DNA of 64,000 bases from an uncultured Gammaproteobacteria bacterium. GTDB lineage: Bacteria > Patescibacteriota > Microgenomatia > Daviesbacterales > UBA10151. A program made the translations under genes and the position numbers. The DNA lies in the NCBI GenBank assembly GCA_964636275.1, contig CAZWRN010000002.1, positions 9,910-73,909 of the forward strand. Reading direction: 5' to 3'. The notes under the pieces were generated by a model, which did not search any database, was not told the DNA's origin, and was given only the letters and a program-made list of their open reading frames with translations. Numbering within the stretch: position 1 is the first letter of the stretch; every line of letters starts with the position of its first letter. Positions 37,178-47,722 of the stretch are shown here, in pieces.

Positions 37178-38224
37178 TTAAACAAAATTTCCAGCTTTAA
37201 CCTGGATAATTTCAGCTTCTTTTAATGAATCGGCTAAGACATCATCCCAATCAACTGAGGCAATAATCGTTTGTTGCTGAAAAGCCAGTTCTATCACATG
37301 CTGCCTATGTGAAGCATCTAGCTCAGAAAAGATATCATCGAGCAGTAAGAGCGGTCGCTCCCCTAAGATTGATTGGATAAATTCGACTTCGGAAAATTTA
37401 AGATCCAATACTGCAGTTCTTTGTTCGCCTCGAGAACCATATTTTGATAAATCTCGTTCTTCATACATGAAAACAAAATCATCCCGGTGCGGTCCGATTA
37501 AAGAACTAGCGGAGGCGATCTCCCGATCTTCATATTCTTTCCATCGTTCCAGGCTGATTTCACTGGGTTTATACATATATTTAAATGGGCCAAACTTTTT
37601 TTCGGTCAGATTTATCTGCTGAAAATAATGTCGCCTTTTTTCAGAGAGTACGGCACCTAAAATAATCTGCTGATCGATCCAATAAGCCAGTTGATCCTTT
37701 CTAGCCAATCCTTCATGAATGGCTTTCAGAATACGATTTTTTCTGATCACAATATTTTCATAAGCGCTGAGTGTCCGTTTGTATTCACGGTCAGATTGGG
37801 ACAGCGTCTGATCAATATGATAGCGTCTTAGAGATGGAGACCCAGTGACTAAATTGATGTCCTCGGGTGTAAAAAAAACGACTGCTAGATTTAAACAATA
37901 ATCGGTACTTCTTCTCGGTATTCCGTTTACTCTAGTCTTTTTCGCCAGTTTACCGTTTTGTAAAAGCATAGCTATTTCCAAACTAATTGTTTCGCTGTTT
38001 CCAACTTCGCCCGCAACACGCAAAAATTCTTCTCCTTCTTTGATCAGCTCTTCATCCCGATCGGCTTTGGCTGACTTAGTTGTAGCTAGCAAGTAAATAC
38101 TTTCCAAAAAATTAGTTTTTCCTTGAGCATTTTCACCCGTCAAAACTGTAACCTGTTTATTAAATGGAAAATCTATTGCCTGATAATTACGAAAATTTTG
38201 CAGTTTTAGATGTAGAAGACGCAT
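37178..38224 (-). CDS. recF: DNA replication and repair protein RecF
   Basis: MRLLHLKLQNFRNY...LTGENAQGKTNFLESI (Walker A) and a C-terminal signature. Confidence 0.9.
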   Translation of the reverse strand: MRLLHLKLQNFRNYQAIDFPFNKQVTVLTGENAQGKTNFLESIYLLATTKSAKADRDEELIKEGEEFLRVAGEVGNSETISLEIAMLLQNGKLAKKTRVNGIPRRSTDYCLNLAVVFFTPEDINLVTGSPSLRRYHIDQTLSQSDREYKRTLSAYENIVIRKNRILKAIHEGLARKDQLAYWIDQQIILGAVLSEKRRHYFQQINLTEKKFGPFKYMYKPSEISLERWKEYEDREIASASSLIGPHRDDFVFMYEERDLSKYGSRGEQRTAVLDLKFSEVEFIQSILGERPLLLLDDIFSELDASHRQHVIELAFQQQTIIASVDWDDVLADSLKEAEIIQVKAGNFV

Positions 38225-38262
38225 GACGGGAATGGTAGTATGGTAGCATCTTTAATTCAAGT

Positions 38263-38841
38263 ATGGCAAAAACATTTTACCTTTTTAGACACGGTGATAC
38301 CTTTGTCACTCGAGGACAAAGACTATGGTATTACCCGACATTTTTACCAAAGACTGCTTTTTCATATGGGGCCAAAGTCTTCTCAGCATCGATTTTGAAT
38401 GAGGCCAGACCCACTATCAAAAAACTAGCGGAGTACCTTTCAAAAATACCCACCCAGTTTAATGCTTCATCCCAATTTCGCAGATGCCGCCAAACAGTTG
38501 AGATAGTTGAGAAAGAAACTCAGAAAGAGTTTGTTTTTGATAAAAGACTCAACGAATTTGTTTTTGAAACACCCTGGGCTTTTCAAAATAGGGTAAAAAA
38601 ATTTTTATCCGAGCTAGAGCAAAAAGAGTTTCAGTCGGTAGCTATTTGTACTCATGGTGCGGTACTAGCACTTATTGCAAGTATCTTGTCTGGCAAAAAG
38701 GTTGGCTTTCCCAAACCAGGGGTTTTAGTGATTATTAAAGGAAATGAGATTTCCTATAAAGACTTCAACTCTGTACCAGAAGAGGTGGTTCCGGAAACAA
38801 AAAAATTAAATACTCCCAAAATTCTGGGAAAGAACAATTGA
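38263..38841 (+). CDS. Histidine phosphatase (PGAM-like) family protein
   Basis: FYLFRHGDT RHG motif and a downstream catalytic His (CTHG). Confidence 0.65.
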   Translation: MAKTFYLFRHGDTFVTRGQRLWYYPTFLPKTAFSYGAKVFSASILNEARPTIKKLAEYLSKIPTQFNASSQFRRCRQTVEIVEKETQKEFVFDKRLNEFVFETPWAFQNRVKKFLSELEQKEFQSVAICTHGAVLALIASILSGKKVGFPKPGVLVIIKGNEISYKDFNSVPEEVVPETKKLNTPKILGKNN

Positions 38842-38893
38842 CCACATCTGATCTCTTGTTTTTTAAATACTTCTCTGGGATAATCTTTTTTTA

Positions 38894-39340
38894 ATGCGCT
38901 TAAAAGATTCAGTTGTAGCATTAAAAGATTTACCCCAACCAGAACTTCGTATTTTTGGACAAACATCAGGAGTGACTAATATATATTGGAATGGTGCTGT
39001 TGTGGTTGAAGCTTCAGTAGGACACGGTTATTTTCCGAGCCATCGAGAACTTGTAAATCGGCTTGGTCCAGATTATCAAAAATTAATTTCCTCTGTAGAA
39101 AAGTCTTATCAAATTAGAACAACTATTGCTGAAAATGTGGCAGCAGCTTTAGATGCGTTACCGATGCATGATCTACCAATTCAGCCTGATATCCGTGATC
39201 TAAGATCTAAAAGAAATCCCATTAACTCTGCAGCTTTGCCAGAAGTTATAGCTCCATCAACTTTATATACCACAGAAGTCACTTCACCAAAGAGATTGCC
39301 CAGAAAAGCTTTATTGACGGCTGCTGTTGCAGCTTTTTAA
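38894..39340 (+). CDS. Hypothetical protein
   Basis: 148 aa, no motifs. Confidence 0.3.
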   Translation: MRLKDSVVALKDLPQPELRIFGQTSGVTNIYWNGAVVVEASVGHGYFPSHRELVNRLGPDYQKLISSVEKSYQIRTTIAENVAAALDALPMHDLPIQPDIRDLRSKRNPINSAALPEVIAPSTLYTTEVTSPKRLPRKALLTAAVAAF

Positions 39341-40731
39341 TCCTCTTTCTTCCAGTGTCCCAATCCTAAAAATTGTCTTAAACGATATGGCAGATGCTGT
39401 TCATCAAAATAAAAGCTTGGTTTGATCGCCATAAATCCAAGTAGGGCTACAGTTCCGCCGATAGCAATAAATATTGGAGCTGTTCCAAAAATATCGGCTA
39501 GTACTCCGACCAATACAACCGGAAACAGGGTCAGTGCCGACATCAATACTCCCAATATCGAAAAGACTTTTCCTCTAACACTATCCGGAGTATTTTCCTG
39601 TAATACAGTCTGAGAAGGCACAACAACAGAGACCATTGTCATACCAAGTAGAAATGACCCAATGGCTAAAATAGTAGACAGAGAAGGCTGGTAGATAAAT
39701 GGCAAAGGTCTTGGTTTGGGAAAATAACTAATAGCCGGGGAGATCAAAGGGGCTGCTCCGACCAGGAAAAACAATAATCCGGCCAGTAAAATAGCAATTC
39801 CGACAATACTTCGTTTGGGTATCTTATACCCGAACCGGCCAATCGCAATTCCTCCTAGTACCATCCCCAATCCCAGAGGTAAAATTAGAACATAAGATGC
39901 ATCGGTGGCATTTACTTGAAGATTTTTTTCAAAAAAAGATGGAATTAATACTCCTAATATGGCGATCGCTACCTGGACAGAAGCGAGAATCAGCAGTGAT
40001 GCCATCACCACTACTTTGCCTCTGATCAGTCCAATAGTACTCTTGACTTCCAATACCGACATCTCCCAAAAAGTTGGCAGGTCTTTTCTTTTTAAAGCAT
40101 TTTTTAATCTTCTTGATTGATCATCTTCAGTGTTAACTATTTTCGGAAAGTAAAAGGTCAGCCCAAATGCAGCCATCAACATTAATGCTCCCAATAAAAA
40201 GATCATATCAATCCCGAGATGTTGAATCAGTGGCCCGGAGAAACCAAATCCGATCAAAAAAGACGCAAATAAGGTGATAGAAAAAAGTGAGTTAGCCACC
40301 AGCAGCTGGTTTTTTTTGACTAAAAGCGGGATAGCTGAAGACTCAGCCGGGATATAAAACTGGCCTAAAGCATTAACTAAAAAAGTTATCCCTAAAATGG
40401 CTAAAAAGCTGCCTTTAAAGAAAATCAGGCCAATGAAGCAAAGCGCCATGGCCAGATCAATCACCCGAATAATTTTTCGCCTGTCAGTAATATCGACCAA
40501 TAAACCCGCAAAAAGTCCTAGAATCACTGCTGGCAGGTAGACAGCAAACATCAGAGCTGCTACAGCAGTGTTTGACTCTGTCAGTCTAAACACCCATATA
40601 AGCAGAGCGAAATTCATGCTGTTGTAGGATAGTTGGACCAAAATCTGATTAATCCATAAATTCACAAAGCCACGATGGGCTAAAATCTCTTTTAATGAAG
40701 CGGGTTTTTCTTCCATAGGGTCAAACTGCAT
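39337..40731 (-). CDS. MFS transporter
   Basis: 464 aa, 12-14 TM. Confidence 0.6.
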   Translation of the reverse strand: MQFDPMEEKPASLKEILAHRGFVNLWINQILVQLSYNSMNFALLIWVFRLTESNTAVAALMFAVYLPAVILGLFAGLLVDITDRRKIIRVIDLAMALCFIGLIFFKGSFLAILGITFLVNALGQFYIPAESSAIPLLVKKNQLLVANSLFSITLFASFLIGFGFSGPLIQHLGIDMIFLLGALMLMAAFGLTFYFPKIVNTEDDQSRRLKNALKRKDLPTFWEMSVLEVKSTIGLIRGKVVVMASLLILASVQVAIAILGVLIPSFFEKNLQVNATDASYVLILPLGLGMVLGGIAIGRFGYKIPKRSIVGIAILLAGLLFFLVGAAPLISPAISYFPKPRPLPFIYQPSLSTILAIGSFLLGMTMVSVVVPSQTVLQENTPDSVRGKVFSILGVLMSALTLFPVVLVGVLADIFGTAPIFIAIGGTVALLGFMAIKPSFYFDEQHLPYRLRQFLGLGHWKKED

Positions 40732-40755
40732 TGTACTCTTATCTAGAAAATTTTA

Positions 40756-41406
40756 TCAACCAGCTTGATCTAAAGTACGCCAAAAATGTTCTGGATCAGT
40801 TTGAATCCAGTCATGGTCTAGATTTGGCAGTATTTTTAATATAGATCCTTTGACCGCCTGATGAATTTGTTGGCTTGCTGTTACAGATACTAGCTTATCT
40901 GCATCTCCATATAAAATTTGGGTTGGCAGATTTATCTTTCTGGCTATGTCAACAGTATTTATTCTCCTTGCGAACTTACCTAGTTTCAGATGAAATAGTG
41001 GTTTTGATAAAAAATTAATTGCTTCAAAAAACTTTTTATCTGAATTATGAAATGCCTTTTTACTGTTTCTGCTTATCATTTTGAGTGACTCTTTCCCAAA
41101 ATCTCCTTCAAAGGGAAAACCTACAGAATTAATCAAATAGAGTTGTGTGATTTTTTGTGGATATGTGGCTGCATATGCAATTGCTACCGCTCCCCCCAAT
41201 GAATGTCCGGCTAAAACAAATTTATCAATTTGTTTGGACTGAATATACTCATCCAACTTTTTTGCTGCATCCATCAGATCTTGGTTTTCAATCAACCGGT
41301 CAGCCCCAATCATTTCAACTTTTATATCAACCGGAACAGTCTGTAAAAATTTTTTAAAGGAATAGTCAGTACTTGCCCATCCTCTGATAAATACAAAGTT
41401 TTTCAT
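40756..41406 (-). CDS. Alpha/beta hydrolase
   Basis: Nucleophile elbow LAGHSLGG. Start trimmed to MKNFVFIRGW so it abuts the fpg stop. Confidence 0.65.
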   Translation of the reverse strand: MKNFVFIRGWASTDYSFKKFLQTVPVDIKVEMIGADRLIENQDLMDAAKKLDEYIQSKQIDKFVLAGHSLGGAVAIAYAATYPQKITQLYLINSVGFPFEGDFGKESLKMISRNSKKAFHNSDKKFFEAINFLSKPLFHLKLGKFARRINTVDIARKINLPTQILYGDADKLVSVTASQQIHQAVKGSILKILPNLDHDWIQTDPEHFWRTLDQAG

Positions 41407-42278
41407 TTTTGGCACTGGGGGCAAAAAAAGGTCCCTCGTCCCCCCAGTTTGATTTTTTTTATTGGTGTTTGGCATTGTAAACAAGGTTTATTATCTCGGT
41501 TGTAGACTTTAGCATAGTTCAAAAATAAACCTTTTCTGCCGTCCGAATCGACAAAATGGGTCTTGGTAGACCCCCCGTATTTCACTCCATCTTTCAAGGC
41601 CTGAATAACCCCCTGGAATAATTTTTCAAACTGTTTGTCGGTTAATTCACTGACCTTGGTTTTGGGATTTACTCCGGCATTAAAACACCCTTCACAAGCA
41701 TAAATATTGCCTACCCCGGCCACAACTGACTGATCAAGCAATCCAACTTTAATCGGTGTTTTCGGATGTTTTTTGAGGTTGTTTTTAAACTGCTCCAAAG
41801 TATATTTTTTATCAAGTGGTTCAGGCCCCAGATTTTTTAAAAAAGAATCAATCTTTAACGACTCTCTATCCAATACTTTGATCCAGCCAAATTTTCGTTG
41901 ATCATTAAAAAACATGGTCTGCCCATCACTGAGATAAAATATGACTCTTGTTGATTTATTGGGCAGATCTGACAACATATCTTTAGTCGGATGCCCGCCT
42001 ACAAATCTGTCTTCTTTTTTCTTATTGCGTATTTCATTTTGCGTAACAATAATCTGCCCTGACATTTTGAGATGAAAAAGTAATGTATAACCATTTTCAA
42101 AATCAGTTCCTAAGCCTTTTCCCTTGCGCCAAATATTAACAATTTTTTGATTTAAAACAACTTCAGATTCTCCTTGAAAAGTTTTTGGATTGAGTATTTC
42201 AATTTTGGTAATAGTTTCACCAATTATTTTTTTGACTAAACTTAAACGAATTGTTTCAACTTCTGGTAGTTCCGGCAT
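41403..42278 (-). CDS. mutM: Formamidopyrimidine-DNA glycosylase
   Basis: MPELPEVETIR N-terminus and a C-terminal zinc finger CLQCQ...CPQC. Confidence 0.9.
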   Translation of the reverse strand: MPELPEVETIRLSLVKKIIGETITKIEILNPKTFQGESEVVLNQKIVNIWRKGKGLGTDFENGYTLLFHLKMSGQIIVTQNEIRNKKKEDRFVGGHPTKDMLSDLPNKSTRVIFYLSDGQTMFFNDQRKFGWIKVLDRESLKIDSFLKNLGPEPLDKKYTLEQFKNNLKKHPKTPIKVGLLDQSVVAGVGNIYACEGCFNAGVNPKTKVSELTDKQFEKLFQGVIQALKDGVKYGGSTKTHFVDSDGRKGLFLNYAKVYNRDNKPCLQCQTPIKKIKLGGRGTFFCPQCQK

Positions 42279-42314
42279 GAGGCTATTCTAACAAATATAA
42301 TAATTTTTCGCAGA

Positions 42315-42533
42315 TTAGAACATAAAGTATGTTAAAGCCTGTCTTATTCTGCTAGCTCGATTAATGATTACTCCTCCTGTATAAGCTAAAGTATTCAAGG
42401 CACCTTCTGTAAATGTCATTTTTTTCGGATATTCGCCAGTTAGAGCAAAGATAATATGTTCTGCTGATAGATTTTTACCGTCTATAATTTGATTAGCCTG
42501 ATTGGACCATTCGGGTTGGCGTTGTCTGGTCAT
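42315..42533 (-). CDS. Hypothetical small protein
   Basis: 72 aa ORF between fpg and the GT4 gene. No support beyond the ORF. Confidence 0.2.
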   Translation of the reverse strand: MTRQRQPEWSNQANQIIDGKNLSAEHIIFALTGEYPKKMTFTEGALNTLAYTGGVIINRASRIRQALTYFMF

Positions 42534-42597
42534 ATTTTAAAAGTACAGTCTATTTTAGCTTCAGTCAAGTGATTTATCTGTAAGAAAATACTGAATT

Positions 42598-43695
42598 TTA
42601 GGATTTAGACTTTTGTATCAAGGCAAGTATCTCTTTTTTAAAATGTTCAAAAGAAAATCTGGCAGCATTTTTTTTGAGTTCTTCAGTTTTAAACTTCATA
42701 GTTTCAAATTTATTGATAGCCAGTTGGAGACTGCCTATTTGTAAATCGCCAAAAAATACACCAGTTTTGCCATCAATAACTGTTTCTTTATATCCTCCCT
42801 GATAAAGGGCGATCACAGGTGTACCCGCGGCTTGACTCTCAATAGCTGTGATTCCAAAATCCTCCTCACTAGCGGCACAGATTAAAGCCTTGGCATTGGC
42901 TAAAAGCTGGACTCGTTCTTTATCGGAGACTTTGCCAGCAAAAGTAATATTACTTTTAGCTAGTTTTTTTAATCTGGCTTCTTCTCTACCCGTTCCTACT
43001 ACTATTAATCTTTTTCCATTACCGTTAAAAGTTTTGATAACCAGATCGATATTTTTATCAGGATCAAGTCTCGCCAAAGATAGGAAATAATCATCAGTTT
43101 CTGTTTTGACAGATTGAAACTCGGACAGATCAACTGGTGGATAGATCACTTCAGCATCCCGGCGGTAAAATTTCTTGATCCTTTTTTTGATATTTTCGGA
43201 GTTAGCTATCAACATATCCGGCCGCTGAGACAAAACAAAATCGTACTGCCTCATAAAATGATTGAGTATTTCTCCAAACAGTTTGGTGAAAATGTTTTTT
43301 TTGTACCAATGATTTTTGGTATATCCGTACAAATATCTGGGTGGAGTATGAATATAAGCGATATGTTTAGATCCCTGATCTGTAATAACCCCTTTAGCAT
43401 AATAGGCTGCTGAGGATGAGATTACTACATCGTATGAAGATAAATCAAAACTTTCAAATGCCATTGGTGATAAAAATTTTAAAGGAGATAGCAGGCTTTT
43501 TATTCCAGGTATTTTTTGCATCCAGGAAGTATGAATCTCCCAGCCCTTAAAACGCTGGGCATCCTTGCCCAAGGTTTTTGGGTTGTAATAAGCGGTGTAG
43601 AGAGGAGCCTCGGGGAAAATCTGATGTAGCGCTTCAACTACTCTTTCAGCTCCCCCGTATTCTTTTAAATAGTCATGTACCAGTGCTACTTTCAT
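42598..43695 (-). CDS. Glycosyltransferase family 4
   Basis: C-terminal EDFGITAIESQAAGTPVIA (GT4 E-x7-E region). Confidence 0.8.
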   Translation of the reverse strand: MKVALVHDYLKEYGGAERVVEALHQIFPEAPLYTAYYNPKTLGKDAQRFKGWEIHTSWMQKIPGIKSLLSPLKFLSPMAFESFDLSSYDVVISSSAAYYAKGVITDQGSKHIAYIHTPPRYLYGYTKNHWYKKNIFTKLFGEILNHFMRQYDFVLSQRPDMLIANSENIKKRIKKFYRRDAEVIYPPVDLSEFQSVKTETDDYFLSLARLDPDKNIDLVIKTFNGNGKRLIVVGTGREEARLKKLAKSNITFAGKVSDKERVQLLANAKALICAASEEDFGITAIESQAAGTPVIALYQGGYKETVIDGKTGVFFGDLQIGSLQLAINKFETMKFKTEELKKNAARFSFEHFKKEILALIQKSKS

Positions 43696-43696
43696 T

Positions 43697-44749
43697 TTAA
43701 GTTAATAAAGCCTTTTCAAATTTGGTTATAAATTTTTCTTGAGTAAATCTTTGTGCATCTTTTTTAGATTGTTGAGCTATTTTTTTCGCTAAAGTCGGTT
43801 CCTGTATTAATCTTAACAGAGCGGCTGCCAATTGGTTAGTATCAGCTGGATCGACCAATAGTCCATTTTTTTCATGTTTGATAAATTCGGGGGTGCCACC
43901 GATATTGGTCGCAATGATCGGGACCTCAGCCAATGCTGCTTCTATGACCGTGGTTGCAAAAGGTTCAGCTTTTTTTGAGGGTAAAACAAAACAGTTCATT
44001 TTAGCAAAAGCTTTCGAGGGCTGGTCGATAAATCCCTCAAAATGGACTCCAGGTATCGCTGTATTTAGGATATTTTTTTCAATTGAGCCAGATTGTTTTT
44101 CGCCACTTCCCCAAATGACCAGTTCGGTATTTTCCACAGACAGCTTTTGAAATGCCTCTAGCAACTCTTTGGCACCCTTCCAATCAACCAGTCTCCCTAA
44201 GTACCCTATGACAAATTTTTTTGATATATTTTTTCGGATATCTGGTTTAAAAGCCGAACCCAGATATATTGTCTCTCCGGGCAATTTGTAAAAATCTTTT
44301 ATTGACTCCGAGACAAACAAATATTTATCTACTTCATCCCCGATCAACTGAAAAATCCATTTTGGGTAGTCGTAATCGCGAATATAGCTCACTAGTTTAA
44401 AATCTGATCGATGAATTTTGGAGGCCAGAGCAGCTATTAATAAAGCCCGCGTGGTATTGGCCATCACGATGTCTGGTTCAATTTTGGTGACGACACTGCT
44501 AAAAGCTTTTACTGCGCGGAGTAATCTGGGGATTGCAACTGGATGCAGTAGATTGAGTCTGGCAAATGGTATTTTGCTGATTTTTGCTTTTGAAGTGGTA
44601 TATATACTTTCAAATTCAGAAGCGGAATCAATGACCAGATAGGGCTCAATTTTGTCTCTGTTGAGCCATTTAATATCCTCTGCCAAGCGCAATTGGGCTC
44701 CGCCGGCAAAAGGAGTATGATCGACAAAAAGAATTTTTGTTTTATTCAT
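43697..44749 (-). CDS. Glycosyltransferase family 4
   Basis: GT-B fold with EPFATTVIEAALAEVPIIA. Confidence 0.75.
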   Translation of the reverse strand: MNKTKILFVDHTPFAGGAQLRLAEDIKWLNRDKIEPYLVIDSASEFESIYTTSKAKISKIPFARLNLLHPVAIPRLLRAVKAFSSVVTKIEPDIVMANTTRALLIAALASKIHRSDFKLVSYIRDYDYPKWIFQLIGDEVDKYLFVSESIKDFYKLPGETIYLGSAFKPDIRKNISKKFVIGYLGRLVDWKGAKELLEAFQKLSVENTELVIWGSGEKQSGSIEKNILNTAIPGVHFEGFIDQPSKAFAKMNCFVLPSKKAEPFATTVIEAALAEVPIIATNIGGTPEFIKHEKNGLLVDPADTNQLAAALLRLIQEPTLAKKIAQQSKKDAQRFTQEKFITKFEKALLT

Positions 44750-44808
44750 ACTTGGAATTGTAGCAAAAAAAGAGATCTCCTAGCACAAAAAGGTCAACAA
44801 AAGAGAGT

Positions 44809-45486
44809 TTAACTTTTTATCTGAGGCACACTGCCAAATACATGCAATCTGTTATCGGAAAATAATTCCCGCCAAACCTCATTCTTGACTGATTTACCTG
44901 GACTTTGAATGCCCATAGCGATATCTATTCCATTCAGGCGTTTGGAATCAAAAGTAGCAGCCTGCCCCAAGAGTCTGGCTAGATGGCTAAGCACACCTGC
45001 TTCTCTCAATCCCATTCTTGGTAGTCTGTCGCCAACATGCAAAGCTTTGACTATAGCAGCTTCTCCTCCATCTTCAAGTAACGATGTATCAAGCATCCTC
45101 ATACGTAATAATGCACCCATCTCTTTCAAAGCATTCATTTCTGCATCATTTAATCTGTCTCTCGAATGCCAACCTAAATTTGATGGTAGTGTAGCTTCAA
45201 ACTGCGCAACGCCTTTAGCTGGAGATTCTAATAGACTGGCTGGCCCAGTCCCCGTACTATCTATGCTGGGACGCGCCTCGAGCCCATGATTGGTCATATG
45301 ATGTGGCAAAGTCAGATTATTAATTGGACCCAAAACATACTTTTGCTGATCTGGTGAATAACCAAGGTCAGCTAAAATCTTGGGTCTAGCTGATAAGTAC
45401 TCCCTAAATAACGCCAACGAAGCATGCCTTCTTTGATCCCGATCAGGTGAGTTGGTTAATGTTTCTACGTTAGAGTTTACAGCCAT
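44809..45486 (-). CDS. Hypothetical protein (relatively GC-rich)
   Basis: 225 aa, no motifs. Its composition differs from its neighbours. Confidence 0.35.
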   Translation of the reverse strand: MAVNSNVETLTNSPDRDQRRHASLALFREYLSARPKILADLGYSPDQQKYVLGPINNLTLPHHMTNHGLEARPSIDSTGTGPASLLESPAKGVAQFEATLPSNLGWHSRDRLNDAEMNALKEMGALLRMRMLDTSLLEDGGEAAIVKALHVGDRLPRMGLREAGVLSHLARLLGQAATFDSKRLNGIDIAMGIQSPGKSVKNEVWRELFSDNRLHVFGSVPQIKS

Positions 45487-45549
45487 CAGATATTATTTCT
45501 AAATAATCTTATATTAAATTATTCTGGTGTGCTGGACTTTTGAATGACA

Positions 45550-46551
45550 TTATTCTGATATACCTGGATATATTTGTTTGATAGTTGTTAACAATTTTTC
45601 TACAGCAATCTGCCTGGTTCCCTCAATACGTGCTCCAGCTGCGGCTTTATGTCCGCCACCTCCTAGTGCTACTGCAATTTTAGATACATCATATTTATCG
45701 GCATCACGGGTTCTAAAAGAAGCGTTCCAGATTCCTGGTTCAGTTTCGATCAGGCTAATATCGATCTCCCATCCGGTGACAGAGCGTAATATATTGGATA
45801 TTTCATTGTTTTCGATATCTTCTGGCAAAATATTTTTTTGTTGCAGATCGGCCTGAGAGACGATCGCAATTGCCACTTTATCATCATAAAATGTCTCAAT
45901 TTGACTGAGAGCTATACCCATCAGATAGACCCTTTTAGCTGATAAATTGTTTTCCAGTTCAAAAAAAACTTGATGAAATTTTGGATACAAATTGACGAGT
46001 CTGGAGGTGATCTCAAATGTTTGGTCTGTTGTCCCCTCATAGCGAAAACGTGAATCAGTATAAATACCCACCAGTAAACAGATCGCAATTTCTGGTGTCA
46101 TAGTAATTCCCCACTTTTGGTAGATGCCATAAAGCAGCTGACAATTGGCTGGAATGGAATAATCGACCAGATTGATAGTTCCGTAGTTTGTATTGGATTT
46201 ATGATGATCGATCACCAACACTTTCAAATTCTCAGGAAAGACCACTTCGCCTTTTTTACTGATCTGATCGAGGTTGGAAGAATCCATAGCGATAAATAGA
46301 TCAAATTTTGACAGATCGGTTTCTAAAAAAGTCTGATCTTTGATTTCATCAAATCCTGGCAGCATCGAAAAAAGTTTGGGTGGATGAGAATCCCCACTGA
46401 TCACGACTGCCTCTTTACCGAGCTGTTTTAAAGCTTGTTTCATCGACAAAGCCGACCCAACTGAATCTCCATCCGGAGAGGGGTGCAGGTGGATTAAAAT
46501 ATTTTCAGAGGCTTTAATTAGCTCTAGGGCTTGGGAGATGTCTAAATTCAT
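45550..46551 (-). CDS. nrnA: DHH/DHHA1 phosphoesterase (NrnA-like oligoribonuclease/pAp phosphatase)
   Basis: HPSPDGDSVGS, DHH and the DHHA1 GGGGHKAAAG. Confidence 0.75.
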   Translation of the reverse strand: MNLDISQALELIKASENILIHLHPSPDGDSVGSALSMKQALKQLGKEAVVISGDSHPPKLFSMLPGFDEIKDQTFLETDLSKFDLFIAMDSSNLDQISKKGEVVFPENLKVLVIDHHKSNTNYGTINLVDYSIPANCQLLYGIYQKWGITMTPEIAICLLVGIYTDSRFRYEGTTDQTFEITSRLVNLYPKFHQVFFELENNLSAKRVYLMGIALSQIETFYDDKVAIAIVSQADLQQKNILPEDIENNEISNILRSVTGWEIDISLIETEPGIWNASFRTRDADKYDVSKIAVALGGGGHKAAAGARIEGTRQIAVEKLLTTIKQIYPGISE

Positions 46552-46594
46552 ACCCTAAATTATACACATACTAGGCTAATTCAGCAAAAAAAAA

Positions 46595-47659
46595 ATGCGA
46601 ATTGGCGTAATGCAGGATACTTGCTACAATGTAAGGGTAATGATTTATCTTAAAAAATCTTTATTTGGAATTATCTTTTTAGTTTTATTTACCGGATTTC
46701 ATTTTTTTCTAATGCCGTTGTTGAATTCGTATGAATGGATTTTTGGCCTGAATCAATCTGCCGCCAATCAGCTGATACAACTGGCTTGTTTACTTTTATT
46801 TTCTTCATTTGCCTTTGTGCTTTTTGCTGCTTTATGTGGAGATCGAAGGATAGCTATCGGTGTATCGATTTTAGGCGCCCTAACCCCACTGCTTTTTTCC
46901 CTGTCTAGTACCGGACTTGTTTTGAGTGGTCTTTATCTTTTAGCCTTGATCAGTGTTTTTTTTATGGTTGAAAATATTATGCGTCATTACTACAACTTCT
47001 CCCCAGTTGTACTGCTTACTCCACCAATAAAAAATCTTTTTACAGCTTTACTTTTTATCATCTGTTTAGGCTACTATCTGTCTATTAACTCCGTAATAAA
47101 ACAGCAAGGTTTTGCTATTCCAGAATCGATGATACCCGATGCAGTTGTTCAACAGCTGATCTCTCAGCAATCTAGCCAGCTGATAAAAGGTGATAAATAC
47201 CTGGCTCAATTACCACAGCTAACTCCTGAACAATTACAACTACTCAAACAAAATCCAGACGTACTACGCCAATATGGCGTAGATCCAGCTATTTTGGAAC
47301 AATATGAAACCACTACTACATCAGCTCCTTCGACCAGTGCCCCTGCGACTTCGGCAACAAGTTCTGTACAAATCCCACCCACTTCTACTATATCTACTGG
47401 CTCTATCATTCCTTCAGTGGCAATGATCAAAAAGATGGCGTTAGCACCGATCAATGATATGCTCAATAAATATCAATTTTTGATCGCACCTGTTTTAGCA
47501 CTGATTTTATTTTCAGCATTTTCCTTTATCAGTTTTATCTTTTTCTTTTTCAATCTGATTAGCGGTGGATTAATGAAATTGATCTTTTACCTTCTGGAGA
47601 AATCAGGTTTTGTCAGATTTGAGAAAGAGATGCGCGAAGTGAAGAAAATCATCATCTAA
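46595..47659 (+). CDS. Hypothetical membrane protein with Ser/Thr/Pro-rich loop
   Basis: Multiple TMs and a TTTSAPSTSAPATSATSS low-complexity loop. An alternative start is at 46640. Confidence 0.4.
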   Translation: MRIGVMQDTCYNVRVMIYLKKSLFGIIFLVLFTGFHFFLMPLLNSYEWIFGLNQSAANQLIQLACLLLFSSFAFVLFAALCGDRRIAIGVSILGALTPLLFSLSSTGLVLSGLYLLALISVFFMVENIMRHYYNFSPVVLLTPPIKNLFTALLFIICLGYYLSINSVIKQQGFAIPESMIPDAVVQQLISQQSSQLIKGDKYLAQLPQLTPEQLQLLKQNPDVLRQYGVDPAILEQYETTTTSAPSTSAPATSATSSVQIPPTSTISTGSIIPSVAMIKKMALAPINDMLNKYQFLIAPVLALILFSAFSFISFIFFFFNLISGGLMKLIFYLLEKSGFVRFEKEMREVKKIII

Positions 47660-47722
47660 AAATTTATTCTTTTATTATTCTGTTACAATACTGTCTCAGA
47701 AATCTAATTAATTTGCTTTATT

